Shown here: positions 1-11,816 of the stretch, in pieces
Position numbering within the stretch: position 1 is the stretch's first letter
Layout of the letters: each line of letters opens with the position of its first letter
From: Myxococcota bacterium
Lineage (GTDB): Bacteria; Myxococcota_A; UBA9160; UBA4427
DNA length: 64,000 nucleotides
Assembly (NCBI GenBank): GCA_036336835.1
Contig: JAYZFK010000082.1
Coordinates: 1-64,000 of the forward strand
Reading direction: 5' to 3'
Notes under the pieces: model-generated
Seen by the model: only the letters and a program-made list of their open reading frames with translations
The model's database searches: none
Told to the model about the DNA's origin: nothing
Made by a program: the position numbers and the translations under genes

Positions 1-563
1 AAAGGCGGCTCCCGCTCGCTCATGGCACGAATCTGGACCGGAGAGGTGTGGGTCCGCAGGACGTGCCCCCCTTCGACCCAGAAGGTGTCCTGCATGTCGC
101 GTGCCGGGTGGTTGTCCGGCATGTTGAGCGCGTCGAAGTTGTTGTGTTCGGTCTCGACCTCGGGGCCGTCCTCGATCGTGAATCCGCGCCCGCGGAAGAA
201 GGTCTCGACATCCCGCATCACTCGCGCCACCGGGTGCAGTGCACCGGGCCGGCGGCCGGTGCCCGGCAGCGTCACATCGAGGCGCTGGCCAGCGAGCTGG
301 CTCTCGATCTCGGCGGACTCGAGCGCGCCCCTGCGTTCTGCCACCCACTGTTCGATGCTCTGCTTTGCCTGGTTCGCCCGCTGCCCCACCGGGCCGCGTT
401 CCTTCGAGGTCAGCTGACCGATCGAGCGCAACACCTCCGCAAGCGAGCCCTTCTTGCCGAGGTAGGACGCGCGCACCTCGAGCAACGCCTGCGGCGTCGT
501 CGCCGCAGCAATCTCGCTGCGGGCGCTGTCCTCGAGAGCGTCGAGGTCGGGCAGACTCCCCAT
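1..563 (-). CDS. pheS: Phenylalanyl-tRNA synthetase alpha subunit (5' part; runs off the window edge)
   Basis: Not in the ORF track. Manual translation from ATG 563 gives MGSLPDLDALE...YLGKKG...DVTLPG...GALHP...NFDALNMPDNHPARDMQDTF...LRTHTSPVQIR, the PheS signature motifs. Follows rplT as in the canonical operon. Confidence 0.96.
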   Translation of the reverse strand, partial: MGSLPDLDALEDSARSEIAAATTPQALLEVRASYLGKKGSLAEVLRSIGQLTSKERGPVGQRANQAKQSIEQWVAERRGALESAEIESQLAGQRLDVTLPGTGRRPGALHPVARVMRDVETFFRGRGFTIEDGPEVETEHNNFDALNMPDNHPARDMQDTFWVEGGHVLRTHTSPVQIRAMSEREPP

Positions 564-576
564 GCGGAGTAGCCCG

Positions 577-927
577 TCAGGCGCCCTTCGCGAGCGTCGC
601 GAGCTCGCCAAAGGCCTCGGCATCATCGATCACCAGCTGAGCGAGGATCTTTCGGTCGATCTCGACACCGGCCTTGCCGAGGCCGTTGACCATGCGGCTG
701 TAGGACAGCCCGTGCTCACGGGCTCCGGCATTGATCCGGATGATCCACAGCTGGCGGAACACGCGCTTGCGCGCCTTGCGGTCGCGGTACGCGTATGCCC
801 AGGCGCGCTCTACGGCCTCGCGAGCCACGCCGTGCAAGCGGCTTCGCGCTCCCTGAAATCCCTTCGCGGACTTGAGAATCCGCTTGCGGCGCCGTCGCGC
901 TGCCACTCCGCGTTTCACACGCGCCAT
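577..927 (-). CDS. rplT: 50S ribosomal protein L20
   Basis: [29 protein letters not shown]...[26 protein letters not shown]; infC-rpmI-rplT synteny. Confidence 0.98.
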   Translation of the reverse strand: MARVKRGVAARRRRKRILKSAKGFQGARSRLHGVAREAVERAWAYAYRDRKARKRVFRQLWIIRINAGAREHGLSYSRMVNGLGKAGVEIDRKILAQLVIDDAEAFGELATLAKGA

Positions 928-968
928 GCCTGTTTCCTTCCGTGGATGCGTTTTCGTACGGCTCGTTC

Positions 969-1166
969 CTACGAGCCTGGAAGCAGCTGCCTGACCCGCT
1001 TGGTGTCTGCGGCCGAGACCTGCTCGGACTGACGCAGGCCGCGCTTCCGCTTTGTCGTTTTCTTGGTAAGGATGTGCTGTTTGTTGCTCTTCGCACGCTT
1101 GAACTTACCGCTGGCGGTGCGCTTGAAACGCTTGGCCGCTCCCCGGTGTGTCTTCATCTTGGGCAT
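969..1166 (-). CDS. rpmI: 50S ribosomal protein L35
   Basis: [24 protein letters not shown]...HILTKK. Confidence 0.98.
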   Translation of the reverse strand: MPKMKTHRGAAKRFKRTASGKFKRAKSNKQHILTKKTTKRKRGLRQSEQVSAADTKRVRQLLPGS

Positions 1167-1169
1167 CGC

Positions 1170-1856
1170 TCACTCTCCTGCCGAGGGGCTCTCCGTCTCG
1201 GCCCCGATTTCATTGTCGGAAGCCTCTCCGGCGACCTCGGGCTCCTCGGTCGCTTCGCTCTCTACGGCGGCAATCGCCTTCTCCTCCGCCCTGCGGGCGG
1301 CCTCGATCGCATCGCGCTCCCCGACCAGGATCATCGACATGAAGCGCCCTTCCATTCGGGGCATCGTCTCCATCTTCGCCAGCGGTTCGAGCAGCTTCAC
1401 GACCTGGTCGAGCTGCGCGCGTCCGCGGCTCTTGTGCACCATCTCGCGGCCGCGGAACATCACCGTGACCTTGACCTTGTCCCCGTCCATCAGGAAGCGC
1501 CGAGCATTCTTGAGCTTGAAGTCCAGGTCGTGCATGTCGGTGCCGGGCCGCAGCTTCACCTCCTTGAGTGAAGCGGCGTGGCTCTTCTTGTTGGCACCGG
1601 ACTTCTTCTTCTTCTGCTCGTACTTGTACCGACCATAATCCATGATCCGACAGACCGGAGGACGCGAGTTGGGCGCCACCTCGACGAGGTCCAGGTTGTG
1701 CGCACGGGCGTGCGTCATACCCTCCTCTGGGGTCATGACGCCCAGCTGCTCGCCTTCCGGTCCGATCAGGCGGATCTCCTGGATCCGGATGCGTTCGTTG
1801 ACTCGAGTCTGGTCCCGCTCGGGGGCCACGATGCGAAAACGATGTCTACCGGGGAT
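1170..1856 (-). CDS. infC: Translation initiation factor IF-3 (probable ATC start; acidic C-terminal extension)
   Basis: RVNERIRIQEIRLIGPEGEQLGV, LDLVEVAPNSRPPVCRIMDYGRYKY, KEVKLRP, GDKVKVTVMFRGRE. AGGAGG (1865-1870) lies 8 nt upstream of an in-frame ATC (1854-1856); the ORF-track start is the GTG at 1829. Confidence 0.95.
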   Translation of the reverse strand: MPGRHRFRIVAPERDQTRVNERIRIQEIRLIGPEGEQLGVMTPEEGMTHARAHNLDLVEVAPNSRPPVCRIMDYGRYKYEQKKKKSGANKKSHAASLKEVKLRPGTDMHDLDFKLKNARRFLMDGDKVKVTVMFRGREMVHKSRGRAQLDQVVKLLEPLAKMETMPRMEGRFMSMILVGERDAIEAARRAEEKAIAAVESEATEEPEVAGEASDNEIGAETESPSAGE

Positions 1857-1868
1857 GCGCGTTTCCTC

Positions 1869-3824
1869 CTAATCGAACGGCTGGGCGCGGCGCTCGCTGG
1901 TCGCCCGCCCGAGTCGCTCGGTGATGTCGTCGAGCGCGATTGGCCCGATCTCTGTCTTGCCGCTGGCCGCCCTGGACTTTCGCAGGCGCGGCGCGACGGT
2001 TCCGTTTTCCTCCTCCTGATCGCCTACCACCAGCATCAGGGGAATCTTCTGCGTCTCGGCTTCGCGGATCTTGAAGCCGAGTGTCTCGCCGCGATCGTCG
2101 AGCGCGGTGCGGACGCCAGCTCGCTGTAGTTGCTCGTGGACACGACCTGCATACCCGGCGTGGCGTTCGGCAATTGGCAGGACCCCGACCTGCAACGGAC
2201 ACAGCCAGAACGGGAAGTCGCCGCCGGTGTGCTCGATGTAGATCGCCATGAATCGCTCGAGTGAGCCTAGCACCGCTCGGTGGAGCATGGCGGGCTGGTG
2301 CAGTTCGCCGTCGCGTCCGACGTAGCGCAGCCCGAACCGCCCGGGCATGACCAGGTCGATCTGCAGCGTCGCCAGCGTCCAGCTGCGGCCCAGCACGTCG
2401 CGGAAATCGCACTCGACCTTGGGCGCGTAGAAGGCGGCCTCCTTTGGCTTGATGCCGCAGGTGTAGCCGGAGTGCTCGACGGACTCGATCAGCGCGCGCT
2501 CGGCCCTGTCCCAGTCCTCGGGCTCGCCGAGGAACTCGTCGGGGCGTGTGGCCACGCTCATCTCGACCCCCTCGAGATCGAACGCCGTGTAGACCTCGCG
2601 GACCATCTCGAAGAAGCCGACGATCTCCTGCGGCACCTGGTCTGGCTCGCAGTAGATATGGGCGTCGTCCTGCGCCATCGAGCGCACTCGCGACAGTCCG
2701 TTGAGCGTGCCGCTGCGCTCATTGCGGTGCAGCCGCGAGAACTCGGCCAGGCGCATCGGGAGGTCGCGGTACGAGCGTTTGCTGAAGCCGAACATCTGGC
2801 AGTGGCCCGGGCAGTTCATCGCCTTGACGCCGAGTTCTTCACCCTCGTCCGAGCCTTCGAACCAGAACATGTCTTCGTGGAACTTCTCGTAGTGGCCCGA
2901 GATCTTGAACAGCTCGGCGCGGAACAGCTGCGGTGTGATCACCTCCTGGTAGCCGTGACGCGGATACAGACTTCGGATGAACGAGATCAGCTCGTTGTAG
3001 ACCGTCGCACCCTTTGGCAGATAGAAGGGCGAGCCCGGTGACAGCGGGTCGATCGCGAAGAGCTCGAGATCGACACCCACCCGCCGGTGGTCGCGCTTGC
3101 GCGCTTCTTCGAGCGCGGCCAGATGGGCCTTCAGCTCCTTCTTGCTCGCGAAGGCGGTGCCGTAGATGCGCTGGAGCTTGGGACCCGCTTCGTCCCCCCT
3201 CCAGTAGCTGCCGGAGACATCTGTCAGCTTCACGGCGCCGATCTGATCCGTGCGCTGCACGTGCGGCCCGCGACACAGATCGACGAACTCGCCGTGACGA
3301 AACAGCGTGATGTCCTGGTCTTCGGGAATCTCGGCGATGCGCGCGACCTTCAGGTCCTCGCCGCGCGCCCGAAACAGGCTGATCGCGTCGTCGCGCGACA
3401 CGACCTCGCGCGTGAATGTGAGCTTTTCGCCGAGGATCGCCAGCATCTCCTTCTCGATGCGCTCGATATCCTCGGGCGAAAAGGTGTCGTCGACCAGAAA
3501 GTCGTACTGGAACTTCGCGCTGTGGTCGGTGCGACCCACATCGATCTGCACCTCCGGAAACAGCCGTTTGACCGCGTCCGCCATCACGTGCTCGGCCGAG
3601 TGACGCAGCACTTCGCCACCCGCGACATCTCGGGCCGTCACGATCTCGAGAGCGCAGTCCCGGTCGAGGGACAGGCGCAAGTCGATCAACTCGCCGTCGA
3701 TGCGGCCAGCGAGTGCGGCCTTCGCGAGACCCGGACCGACCTGTGTGGCTACCTCGAGCACCGTCGAGCCCGCCGCAACCGAAAGCGTCTTGCCATCGGG
3801 CAGGAGTACGTCGATCGAGCTCAT
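1869..3824 (-). CDS. thrS: Threonyl-tRNA synthetase
   Basis: TGS domain, editing motifs RHSAEH and DLCRGPH, RDHRR, KAMNCPGH, HRNERSG, QDDAHI, HRAVLGSLERF. Confidence 0.97.
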   Translation of the reverse strand: MSSIDVLLPDGKTLSVAAGSTVLEVATQVGPGLAKAALAGRIDGELIDLRLSLDRDCALEIVTARDVAGGEVLRHSAEHVMADAVKRLFPEVQIDVGRTDHSAKFQYDFLVDDTFSPEDIERIEKEMLAILGEKLTFTREVVSRDDAISLFRARGEDLKVARIAEIPEDQDITLFRHGEFVDLCRGPHVQRTDQIGAVKLTDVSGSYWRGDEAGPKLQRIYGTAFASKKELKAHLAALEEARKRDHRRVGVDLELFAIDPLSPGSPFYLPKGATVYNELISFIRSLYPRHGYQEVITPQLFRAELFKISGHYEKFHEDMFWFEGSDEGEELGVKAMNCPGHCQMFGFSKRSYRDLPMRLAEFSRLHRNERSGTLNGLSRVRSMAQDDAHIYCEPDQVPQEIVGFFEMVREVYTAFDLEGVEMSVATRPDEFLGEPEDWDRAERALIESVEHSGYTCGIKPKEAAFYAPKVECDFRDVLGRSWTLATLQIDLVMPGRFGLRYVGRDGELHQPAMLHRAVLGSLERFMAIYIEHTGGDFPFWLCPLQVGVLPIAERHAGYAGRVHEQLQRAGVRTALDDRGETLGFKIREAETQKIPLMLVVGDQEEENGTVAPRLRKSRAASGKTEIGPIALDDITERLGRATSERRAQPFD

Positions 3825-3959
3825 GAGCGAGGCTGGCGCATCGGCTGCATCGGGTCTCTTTCGGCGGTGTGCGGCGCGAGATGGCGCCGGAAAGCGATCT
3901 GTTCGCTCGTGCGCAGGCTACCACCCGTGGCGCTGCGCAGAATGCCATTCCCAGGACCC

Positions 3960-4035
3960 TGGTTGGCACGGGCGGAATTGAACCGCCGACCTCCGCCGTG
4001 TCAAGGCGGCGCTCTAGCCCCTGAGCTACGTGCCA
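3960..4035 (-). tRNA. tRNA-Val (anticodon GAC), CCA encoded
   Basis: Reverse complement TGGCACG TA GCTC AGGGGCTA GAGC G CCGCC TT-GAC-AC GGCGG AGGTC GGCGG TTCAATT CCGCC CGTGCCA A CCA folds into a complete 76-nt cloverleaf. Confidence 0.97.
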
Positions 4036-4058
4036 AGAACCCTGCTAACGAGGCGGAA

Positions 4059-4087
4059 TCAATACCGATTTGGCTTCACGGTGTCAA
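4059..4087 (-). promoter_or_regulatory. Probable sigma70 promoter for tRNA-Val/thrS
   Basis: Minus strand TTGACA (4087-4082), 17 nt, then TATTGA, about 25 nt upstream of the tRNA; the -10 match is weak. Confidence 0.45.
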
Positions 4088-4101
4088 TCGGCTGCAGCCA
4101 G

Positions 4102-4941
4102 CTAGGGCCTGGCCCAGGCGGGGATCCCGGTCTCGACCGGTGCCAGGGCTCCACCGGCAGGAGACTCCTCGACGATCGGGTTCCACCTCACTGCGATCCG
4201 GGCCCGGTCGCCGCTGGCTGCCAGCGGAACGATTGCGAGGTTCTCGGGTGTGCGGCGTTCGAGCTCGGCGACCAGCTCCGGGCCGGCGAGCGCCGTCCCT
4301 ACGGCGAGCAGCGCGCGGCCGCGCTCCAAGTGCACCGGAAGCGCGGTGTGCGCACCAACGGCGCCGATCAGCAGCTGGCGCAGGTCGCTCAGCGCGGGAT
4401 AGACCAAGAGGCCTTCGACCTCCAGATGGACGATACCCGCTGGGGCCTCGGCCGCGACCACTCCCAGCAATCCGGCCCGCGTGAGCCGCTCCCGAATCCG
4501 CTGGGGTTCGACCACCACCTCGGCCACCACTACGTACTCGGCGGTGACGCCGGGGTCCTCGATGAACAGCGCCGGCCCCAGCCCCCGGTCCTCGATCACC
4601 TTGAATCGGGTCGTGTAGATGACCATGTCGTCGCCGAGGATCGCGGCCAGATCGGGCTCCTCTGCGGCGGCCTCCTCGTCGCCCTCCAGATCCTCGATCA
4701 GGAGCGTGTCGACCAGCAGATCCTCGGCCACCCGCCACACCGCCTCTCGCAGCGCCGCCTGGACCGCGCGCTGCTTCGGATCGCGGCGGTCGCCCTCGCG
4801 CACTCCGACCGCACCGACCGACTCGAGGGTCTGGGGCTCGGCCTGCGCCTCGCGGGCGGTCGTGGCCAGTATCAGCGCACCGGCGAGTGCCAGCTTCCAT
4901 CCGCGCTCGCCCAGCTTGCGCCCGCCGCTCCGCCTCCTCAC
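4102..4941 (-). CDS. Exported hypothetical protein, FlgT N-terminal/LPP20-like
   Basis: GTG 4941 overlaps the dnaE stop (GTGA); signal peptide WKLALAGALILATTAREAQA; segment ESVGAV...KQRAVQAALREAV...YTTRFKVIED...YVVVAEVVV resembles FlgT-N type domains (by eye). Confidence 0.6.
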   Translation of the reverse strand: MRRRSGGRKLGERGWKLALAGALILATTAREAQAEPQTLESVGAVGVREGDRRDPKQRAVQAALREAVWRVAEDLLVDTLLIEDLEGDEEAAAEEPDLAAILGDDMVIYTTRFKVIEDRGLGPALFIEDPGVTAEYVVVAEVVVEPQRIRERLTRAGLLGVVAAEAPAGIVHLEVEGLLVYPALSDLRQLLIGAVGAHTALPVHLERGRALLAVGTALAGPELVAELERRTPENLAIVPLAASGDRARIAVRWNPIVEESPAGGALAPVETGIPAWARP

Positions 4942-7900
4942 AAGCACGCCTCCGCCACCGGCCGGCCGAACAGGCTGTCGACTTCGCGGCACAGCTCTTC
5001 GCTCGCCTCGACCCCTCGGTGGTCGCCGAGGGAAAGAACTGTCGTACTCTCGCCCGGAATCGTGACGTGGACCACCACTTCGCATTCTCCCGCGTGGGAG
5101 CCGAGCACGCGCTTCAGGGCGAGCATCCGGTCGCGCGTCACGTCGGCCTCTAGCAGCGCGATCTGCAGACGCACTGCCAGGACCTCTTCCGCATCGGCCA
5201 GGCGGAGGATGTCCCGTACCAGGATCTTCGGGGGGTCCCCGGACTCGAGCGTGCCGGTGATCAGCAGCGGCACCGGGCCCTCGCTCCCCTCGGCCGCCGT
5301 CCGCAGCAGATCGAGGTGCTGGTTGAACGGCTCGGAAAAGATCACCAGCTCGAAGCTTCCCTCCAGGTCTTCGAGCGTGCCGAAGCCCATCCGCTGACCT
5401 CGCCGTGTACGCGTCTCGCGCAGCCCGGTCAGCAGGCCGCCGATGCGAACCTCGCGCCCCTCCCGGCCCTGCCAGGTGGCGGCGCTGGTATCGCAGAGCC
5501 TGGCGAGCTGCGGTGCAACGGCGCCCAGCGGGTGCCCGGTCACGTAGAAGCCCAACAGCTCCCGCTCGTGGCTGAGCCGTTCAGAATCCGTCCAGTCGGG
5601 GGCTTCGAGCAGCGGCGGCCCGTCGGCGCCGTCTTCGACGCCGAGCGACTCGAACAGGCTTCCCTGGCCGATCGCCCGATCGCGCTGGCTGGCCGCACCG
5701 TGCTCGAGAGCGGCATCGAGCGAGGCCCAGACCGAGGCACGGCTGTCGTGCAGCGAGTCGAAGGCGCCGCACTTGACGAGCGACTCGACCACGCGGCGAT
5801 TCACCTTGCGTGCGTCCACGCGCTCGCCGAAGTCGAACAGGCCGCCGAACGGCACCTCGCCGCGCGACTCGACGATCGCCTCGATCGCGCCCTGTCCCAC
5901 GTTCTTGATGCCGGCGAACCCAAAGCGAATGGCCTCGTTGACGACGCCGAAGTCACGCTGTGACTCGTTCACGTCCGGCGGCAGGATCTCGATCTGCTTC
6001 TCTCGCGCGTGCGCGATGTAGCGCGTGAGCTTGTCGTGGTTGCCCGCCTCGATCGTGAGCATCGCGGCAATGTACTCGCGGGGATGGTTGGCCTTGAGAT
6101 ATGCGGTCTGGTAGGTGAGATAGGCGTACGCGGTCGCGTGCGCCTTCGGGAAGCCATAGCCGGCGAACTCGACGATCGTATCGAAGACCTGGCCCGCCGA
6201 CTGCTCGTCGATCGCGTTGGCGACTGCTCCCTTGACGAACCGTTCGCGCTGCTCCGCCATCACCTCGGGCTTCTTCTTGCCCATTGCGCGTCGCAGCAGG
6301 TCGGCCTCGCCCAGCGAGTAGCCGGCCAGCTTCTGAGCGATCTGTAGCACCTGATCCTGATACACGATGACGCCGAGCGTCTCCTCGGTGAGCTCCTGGA
6401 TCTCGGGCAGCGGGTACTCGATCTTCGTGCGCCCCGTCTTGCGGGCGACGTAGTCGTCGACCATTCCCGAGTTGAGCGGGCCCGGTCGGTAGAGCGCTAC
6501 CAGCGGAATGATCTCGCGGAACGATCGCGGCTTGAGCTGCAGCACGAGCTCGGTCATTCCCGACGACTCGACCTGGAACACGCCATCCGTGTCGCCGCGA
6601 CACAGCAAGTCACAGGTTGCCTCGTCGTCCAGGGGTATCTCGCTGGCGCTGAATGCGGAATCGGTCTTCTGCCGGATCATCCGCTCGGCATCGGCGATCA
6701 GGGTGAGCGTGCGCAGCCCCAGAAAATCGAACTTGATCAGCCCCATCTTCTCGATGCAGTTCATGTTGAACTGGGACATCACGTCTCCGCTCTTCGCGTC
6801 CTTGTAGAGCGGCACCATCTCGAGCAACGGCCGGGTTCCGATCACGACCCCCGCTGCGTGCTTGCTGGCGTGCCGGGTCAGGCCCTCGAGGGCCTCGGCA
6901 GTCTCGAGCAGCTTCGCCACCTGCCCGTCGCTCTGGGCGCGGGCTCGCAGCTCGGGGCTCGCCTCCCTCGCCTCGGCGAGCGTGATGCCGAGCACGTCGG
7001 GTACCAGCTTTGCGATCCGGTCCACCTCGCCAAACGGCATTCCGAGCACGCGCCCCACATCGCGGATCGCCGCCTTGGCCTGCAGCGTTCCGAAGGTCGC
7101 GATCTGCGCCACCCGCATGTCGTCATAGCCGTTGCCGCCGTCGTATTTGTCGGCGACATACCGGATCACCTGGTCGCGACCGCGCATGCAGAAATCGACG
7201 TCGATGTCCGGCATCGAGACGCGCTCTGGGTTGAGGAAGCGCTCGAAGATGATGTCGTACTCGATTGGATCGATGCCGGTGATGTCGAGGCTGTAGGCCA
7301 CGAGGCTACCCGCCGACGAGCCGCGCCCGGGCCCGACGGGAATATCGTGGCTCTTCGCGTAGTGGATGAAGTCGGCGACGATCAGGAAGTAGCCCGGAAA
7401 TCCCATCGAGCGAATCACGCCCAGCTCGTGCTCGAGCCGGGCCGTGTACTGCTCGTGGCGCGGGCTCACGAATGGCTCGTCGGGCTGCATGCCGAGCCGG
7501 CGGCGCAGTCCGGCGAACGCGTTCTCGACCAGTACGTCGTCGAGTTCCTTGCCAGCGGGCACCTGGTATTCCGGCATGTGGTACTGGTCGAGCGGGATTT
7601 CGAGGTTGCAGCGCTCGGCGATTTCGAGCGTTGCGTCCACGGCCGACGGATGGTCGTGGAACAGCGCGTACATCTCCTCGCCGTCCTTGACGTAGAAGCC
7701 GCGGCCGTCGAAGCGGAAGCGCTTCGCGTCGTCGAGGTTCGAAGCGGTACCGATGCAGAGCAGAGCGTCGTGGTGCTCGTGATCGTGCTCCTGCAGATAG
7801 TGCGCGTCGTTGGTCGCGACCAGCGGGATCCCGAGATCGCTCGAGAGCTTGACGAGCTCGGCGTTCACGGTGTCCTGCGCGGCAATTCCGTGGCGCTGGA

Positions 7901-8438
7901 GCTCGAGATAGTAGCGGTCGCCGAAGATCGACTTGAAGTCTTCCGCCAGCTGCCAGGCGCGATTCTGCTCGCCGTGCAGGATCGCGCGAGGAACGGGCGC
8001 CGACAGGCAGCCCGATGTGCAGATCAGACCTTCCTGATGCTGGCGCAGCAGGTCGAGATCGATGCGCGGCTTGTAGTAGAAGCCTTCGAGATAGCCTAGC
8101 GAGACCAGCTTCATCAGGTTGTGGTAGCCGGTCTCGTTCATCGCCAGCAGCAACAGATGGTTGATGGCGTCGAAGCCGCCCTCGTCACGCTCGCGCCTCT
8201 CCTTGTCGAAACGCGAGCCGCCAGCCAGGTAGACCTCGCAGCCGATGATCGGTTTGACGCCAGCCGCGCGTGCCGATTCGTAGAAGTCGATCGTGCCGAA
8301 CAGATTGCCGTGATCGGTCTGCGCCACTGCCGGCATACCCAGCGCGCGAGCGCGATCGAACAACGGCTTGTGCTTGATCGCACCGTCGAGCAGCGAATAC
8401 TGCGTGTGCAGGTGGAGGTGAACGAACGGTTTCGACAC
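4938..8438 (-). CDS. dnaE: DNA polymerase III alpha subunit
   Basis: FVHLHLHTQYSLLDGA, TDHGNLFG, GPGRGSSAGSLVAY, FERFLNPERVSMPDIDVDF, KFDFLGLRTLT, FAGYGFPKAH; start assigned to GTG 8438. Confidence 0.97.
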   Translation of the reverse strand: MSKPFVHLHLHTQYSLLDGAIKHKPLFDRARALGMPAVAQTDHGNLFGTIDFYESARAAGVKPIIGCEVYLAGGSRFDKERRERDEGGFDAINHLLLLAMNETGYHNLMKLVSLGYLEGFYYKPRIDLDLLRQHQEGLICTSGCLSAPVPRAILHGEQNRAWQLAEDFKSIFGDRYYLELQRHGIAAQDTVNAELVKLSSDLGIPLVATNDAHYLQEHDHEHHDALLCIGTASNLDDAKRFRFDGRGFYVKDGEEMYALFHDHPSAVDATLEIAERCNLEIPLDQYHMPEYQVPAGKELDDVLVENAFAGLRRRLGMQPDEPFVSPRHEQYTARLEHELGVIRSMGFPGYFLIVADFIHYAKSHDIPVGPGRGSSAGSLVAYSLDITGIDPIEYDIIFERFLNPERVSMPDIDVDFCMRGRDQVIRYVADKYDGGNGYDDMRVAQIATFGTLQAKAAIRDVGRVLGMPFGEVDRIAKLVPDVLGITLAEAREASPELRARAQSDGQVAKLLETAEALEGLTRHASKHAAGVVIGTRPLLEMVPLYKDAKSGDVMSQFNMNCIEKMGLIKFDFLGLRTLTLIADAERMIRQKTDSAFSASEIPLDDEATCDLLCRGDTDGVFQVESSGMTELVLQLKPRSFREIIPLVALYRPGPLNSGMVDDYVARKTGRTKIEYPLPEIQELTEETLGVIVYQDQVLQIAQKLAGYSLGEADLLRRAMGKKKPEVMAEQRERFVKGAVANAIDEQSAGQVFDTIVEFAGYGFPKAHATAYAYLTYQTAYLKANHPREYIAAMLTIEAGNHDKLTRYIAHAREKQIEILPPDVNESQRDFGVVNEAIRFGFAGIKNVGQGAIEAIVESRGEVPFGGLFDFGERVDARKVNRRVVESLVKCGAFDSLHDSRASVWASLDAALEHGAASQRDRAIGQGSLFESLGVEDGADGPPLLEAPDWTDSERLSHERELLGFYVTGHPLGAVAPQLARLCDTSAATWQGREGREVRIGGLLTGLRETRTRRGQRMGFGTLEDLEGSFELVIFSEPFNQHLDLLRTAAEGSEGPVPLLITGTLESGDPPKILVRDILRLADAEEVLAVRLQIALLEADVTRDRMLALKRVLGSHAGECEVVVHVTIPGESTTVLSLGDHRGVEASEELCREVDSLFGRPVAEACL

Positions 8439-8449
8439 CCGCGACCGCC

Positions 8450-10012
8450 CTATTCCCACTCGATCGTCGCAGGAGGCTTGGACGAGATGTCGTAGACCAC
8501 CCGGTTGATGCCTTCCACCTCATTGATGATCCGACTCGAGATGGTCGCCAGAACATCGTACGGGATGCGCGACCAGTCGGCCGTCATGGCATCGGTAGAA
8601 CTCACACAGCGAAGCGCTACGGCGTTCTGGTAGGTGCGTTCGTCGCCCATCACGCCGACGCTCTGGACCGGCAGGAAGACCACCAGCGCCTGCCAGATCT
8701 CGTCGTAGAGTCCGGCCCTCTCGATCTCCTCGCGCGCGATCGCGTCTGCGCGACGCAGCGGCGCGAGCTTTGCCTCCGTTACCTCGCCGAGCACGCGGAT
8801 CGCCAGCCCGGGGCCGGGGAACGGGTGGCGCCCGACGGCACGCGGCGGTAGCTCGAGTTCGCGCCCAACGGCACGCACCTCGTCCTTGAACAGCTCGCGG
8901 AGCGGCTCGATCAGCTTGAGCCGCATCCGCTCGGGAAGGCCTCCCACGTTGTGGTGGGTCTTGATGGTGTCGGAAGGGCCCTTGACCGCAACGCTCTCGA
9001 TCACGTCGGGGTAGAGGGTTCCCTGCACCAGAAAATCGGTGCCGCCCAGCTTGTCGGCCTCTTCCTCGAACACCTCGATGAACAGGTGTCCGATGATCCG
9101 GCGCTTTCGCTCCGGATCGTCGACGCCCTCGAGCGCCTTCAGGAAGCGCCCCGCGACCTCGACCACCACGAGCTTTACGCCGAGTGATTGGCGAAACAGC
9201 TGCTCGACCTCCTCGCTCTCGTTCTCTCGCATCAGACCGTGGTCGACGTAGATGCAGGTCAGCTGGTCACCGATCGCACGGTGCACCAGCGCCGCAGCGA
9301 CCGTCGAATCGACTCCTCCCGAGAGCCCGCAGATCGCACGGCCGCTCCCCACCTGCTTGCGAATGCGGTCGATCGTCGCATCGATGAAGCTCTGCATCGT
9401 CCACGACGGCCGGCAGCCGCAGATGCGGCGGACGAAGTTGCCCAGCAGCTCGCTGCCTCCCTCGCTGTGGTGCACCTCCGGGTGGAACTGCACGCCCCAC
9501 ACGTTGTGCTCGGGCCAGTGCACCGCGGCATTCGGCGAGCTGTCGCTGGCGGCGATCACCTCGAAGCCCGGCGGCAGGGCGAGAACCTTGTCGCCGTGGC
9601 TCATCCAGACCTTGCGGCGCTGACCTCCCGGCAGGCCCTCGAACAGTGGATCGTCGCCGACGTGATCGAGCATTGCCGGCCCGAACTCCCGCGCTTCGCT
9701 GGCCTCGACCCGGCCGCCAAGCCGTGCAGCGAGCAGCTGCAGGCCGTAACAGATGCCGAGCAGCGGCACGCCGAGCTCGATGATCCCGGGATCGAGATCC
9801 GGTGCGCCAGGCTCGTGCACACTCGCCGGCCCCCCGGACAAGATGATGCCGGCCGGCGCGAAGGCGCGGATCTCCTCGAGCGACATGTGGTAGGGCTGGA
9901 TCTCGCAGTAGACCTGGTGTTCGCGCACGCGTCTCGCGATCAGCTGCGTCACCTGCGAGCCGTAATCGAGGATCAGGATCTTGCTGCCTTCGGTGGGAGG
10001 CGACTCGGGCAT
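8450..10012 (-). CDS. guaA: GMP synthase (glutamine-hydrolysing)
   Basis: [64 protein letters not shown]-terminal KPPATIEWE. Confidence 0.98.
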   Translation of the reverse strand: MPESPPTEGSKILILDYGSQVTQLIARRVREHQVYCEIQPYHMSLEEIRAFAPAGIILSGGPASVHEPGAPDLDPGIIELGVPLLGICYGLQLLAARLGGRVEASEAREFGPAMLDHVGDDPLFEGLPGGQRRKVWMSHGDKVLALPPGFEVIAASDSSPNAAVHWPEHNVWGVQFHPEVHHSEGGSELLGNFVRRICGCRPSWTMQSFIDATIDRIRKQVGSGRAICGLSGGVDSTVAAALVHRAIGDQLTCIYVDHGLMRENESEEVEQLFRQSLGVKLVVVEVAGRFLKALEGVDDPERKRRIIGHLFIEVFEEEADKLGGTDFLVQGTLYPDVIESVAVKGPSDTIKTHHNVGGLPERMRLKLIEPLRELFKDEVRAVGRELELPPRAVGRHPFPGPGLAIRVLGEVTEAKLAPLRRADAIAREEIERAGLYDEIWQALVVFLPVQSVGVMGDERTYQNAVALRCVSSTDAMTADWSRIPYDVLATISSRIINEVEGINRVVYDISSKPPATIEWE

Positions 10013-10121
10013 CAGCAGTCCGGGCACTCGAGCGCGCAGGCACGCCCAGTCAGCTTGGCACGCGCGAAGGCGCGCGCCGGATATTGGGTTCGTCGTCGGG
10101 AACGCGGGAGGGGGATCGAGA

Positions 10122-11750
<1,629 letters not shown>

Positions 11751-11816
11751 TCAAATTCTCGACCCAGGAGACTTGAGTCGAACCGTCGACGGCGCAACAG
11801 CCGGGCGCGTGCGTCG

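Noticed and set aside
3840..4100. Integrative element at tRNA-Val
   Set aside because: No integrase and no duplicated tRNA 3' end seen; both flanks are housekeeping genes
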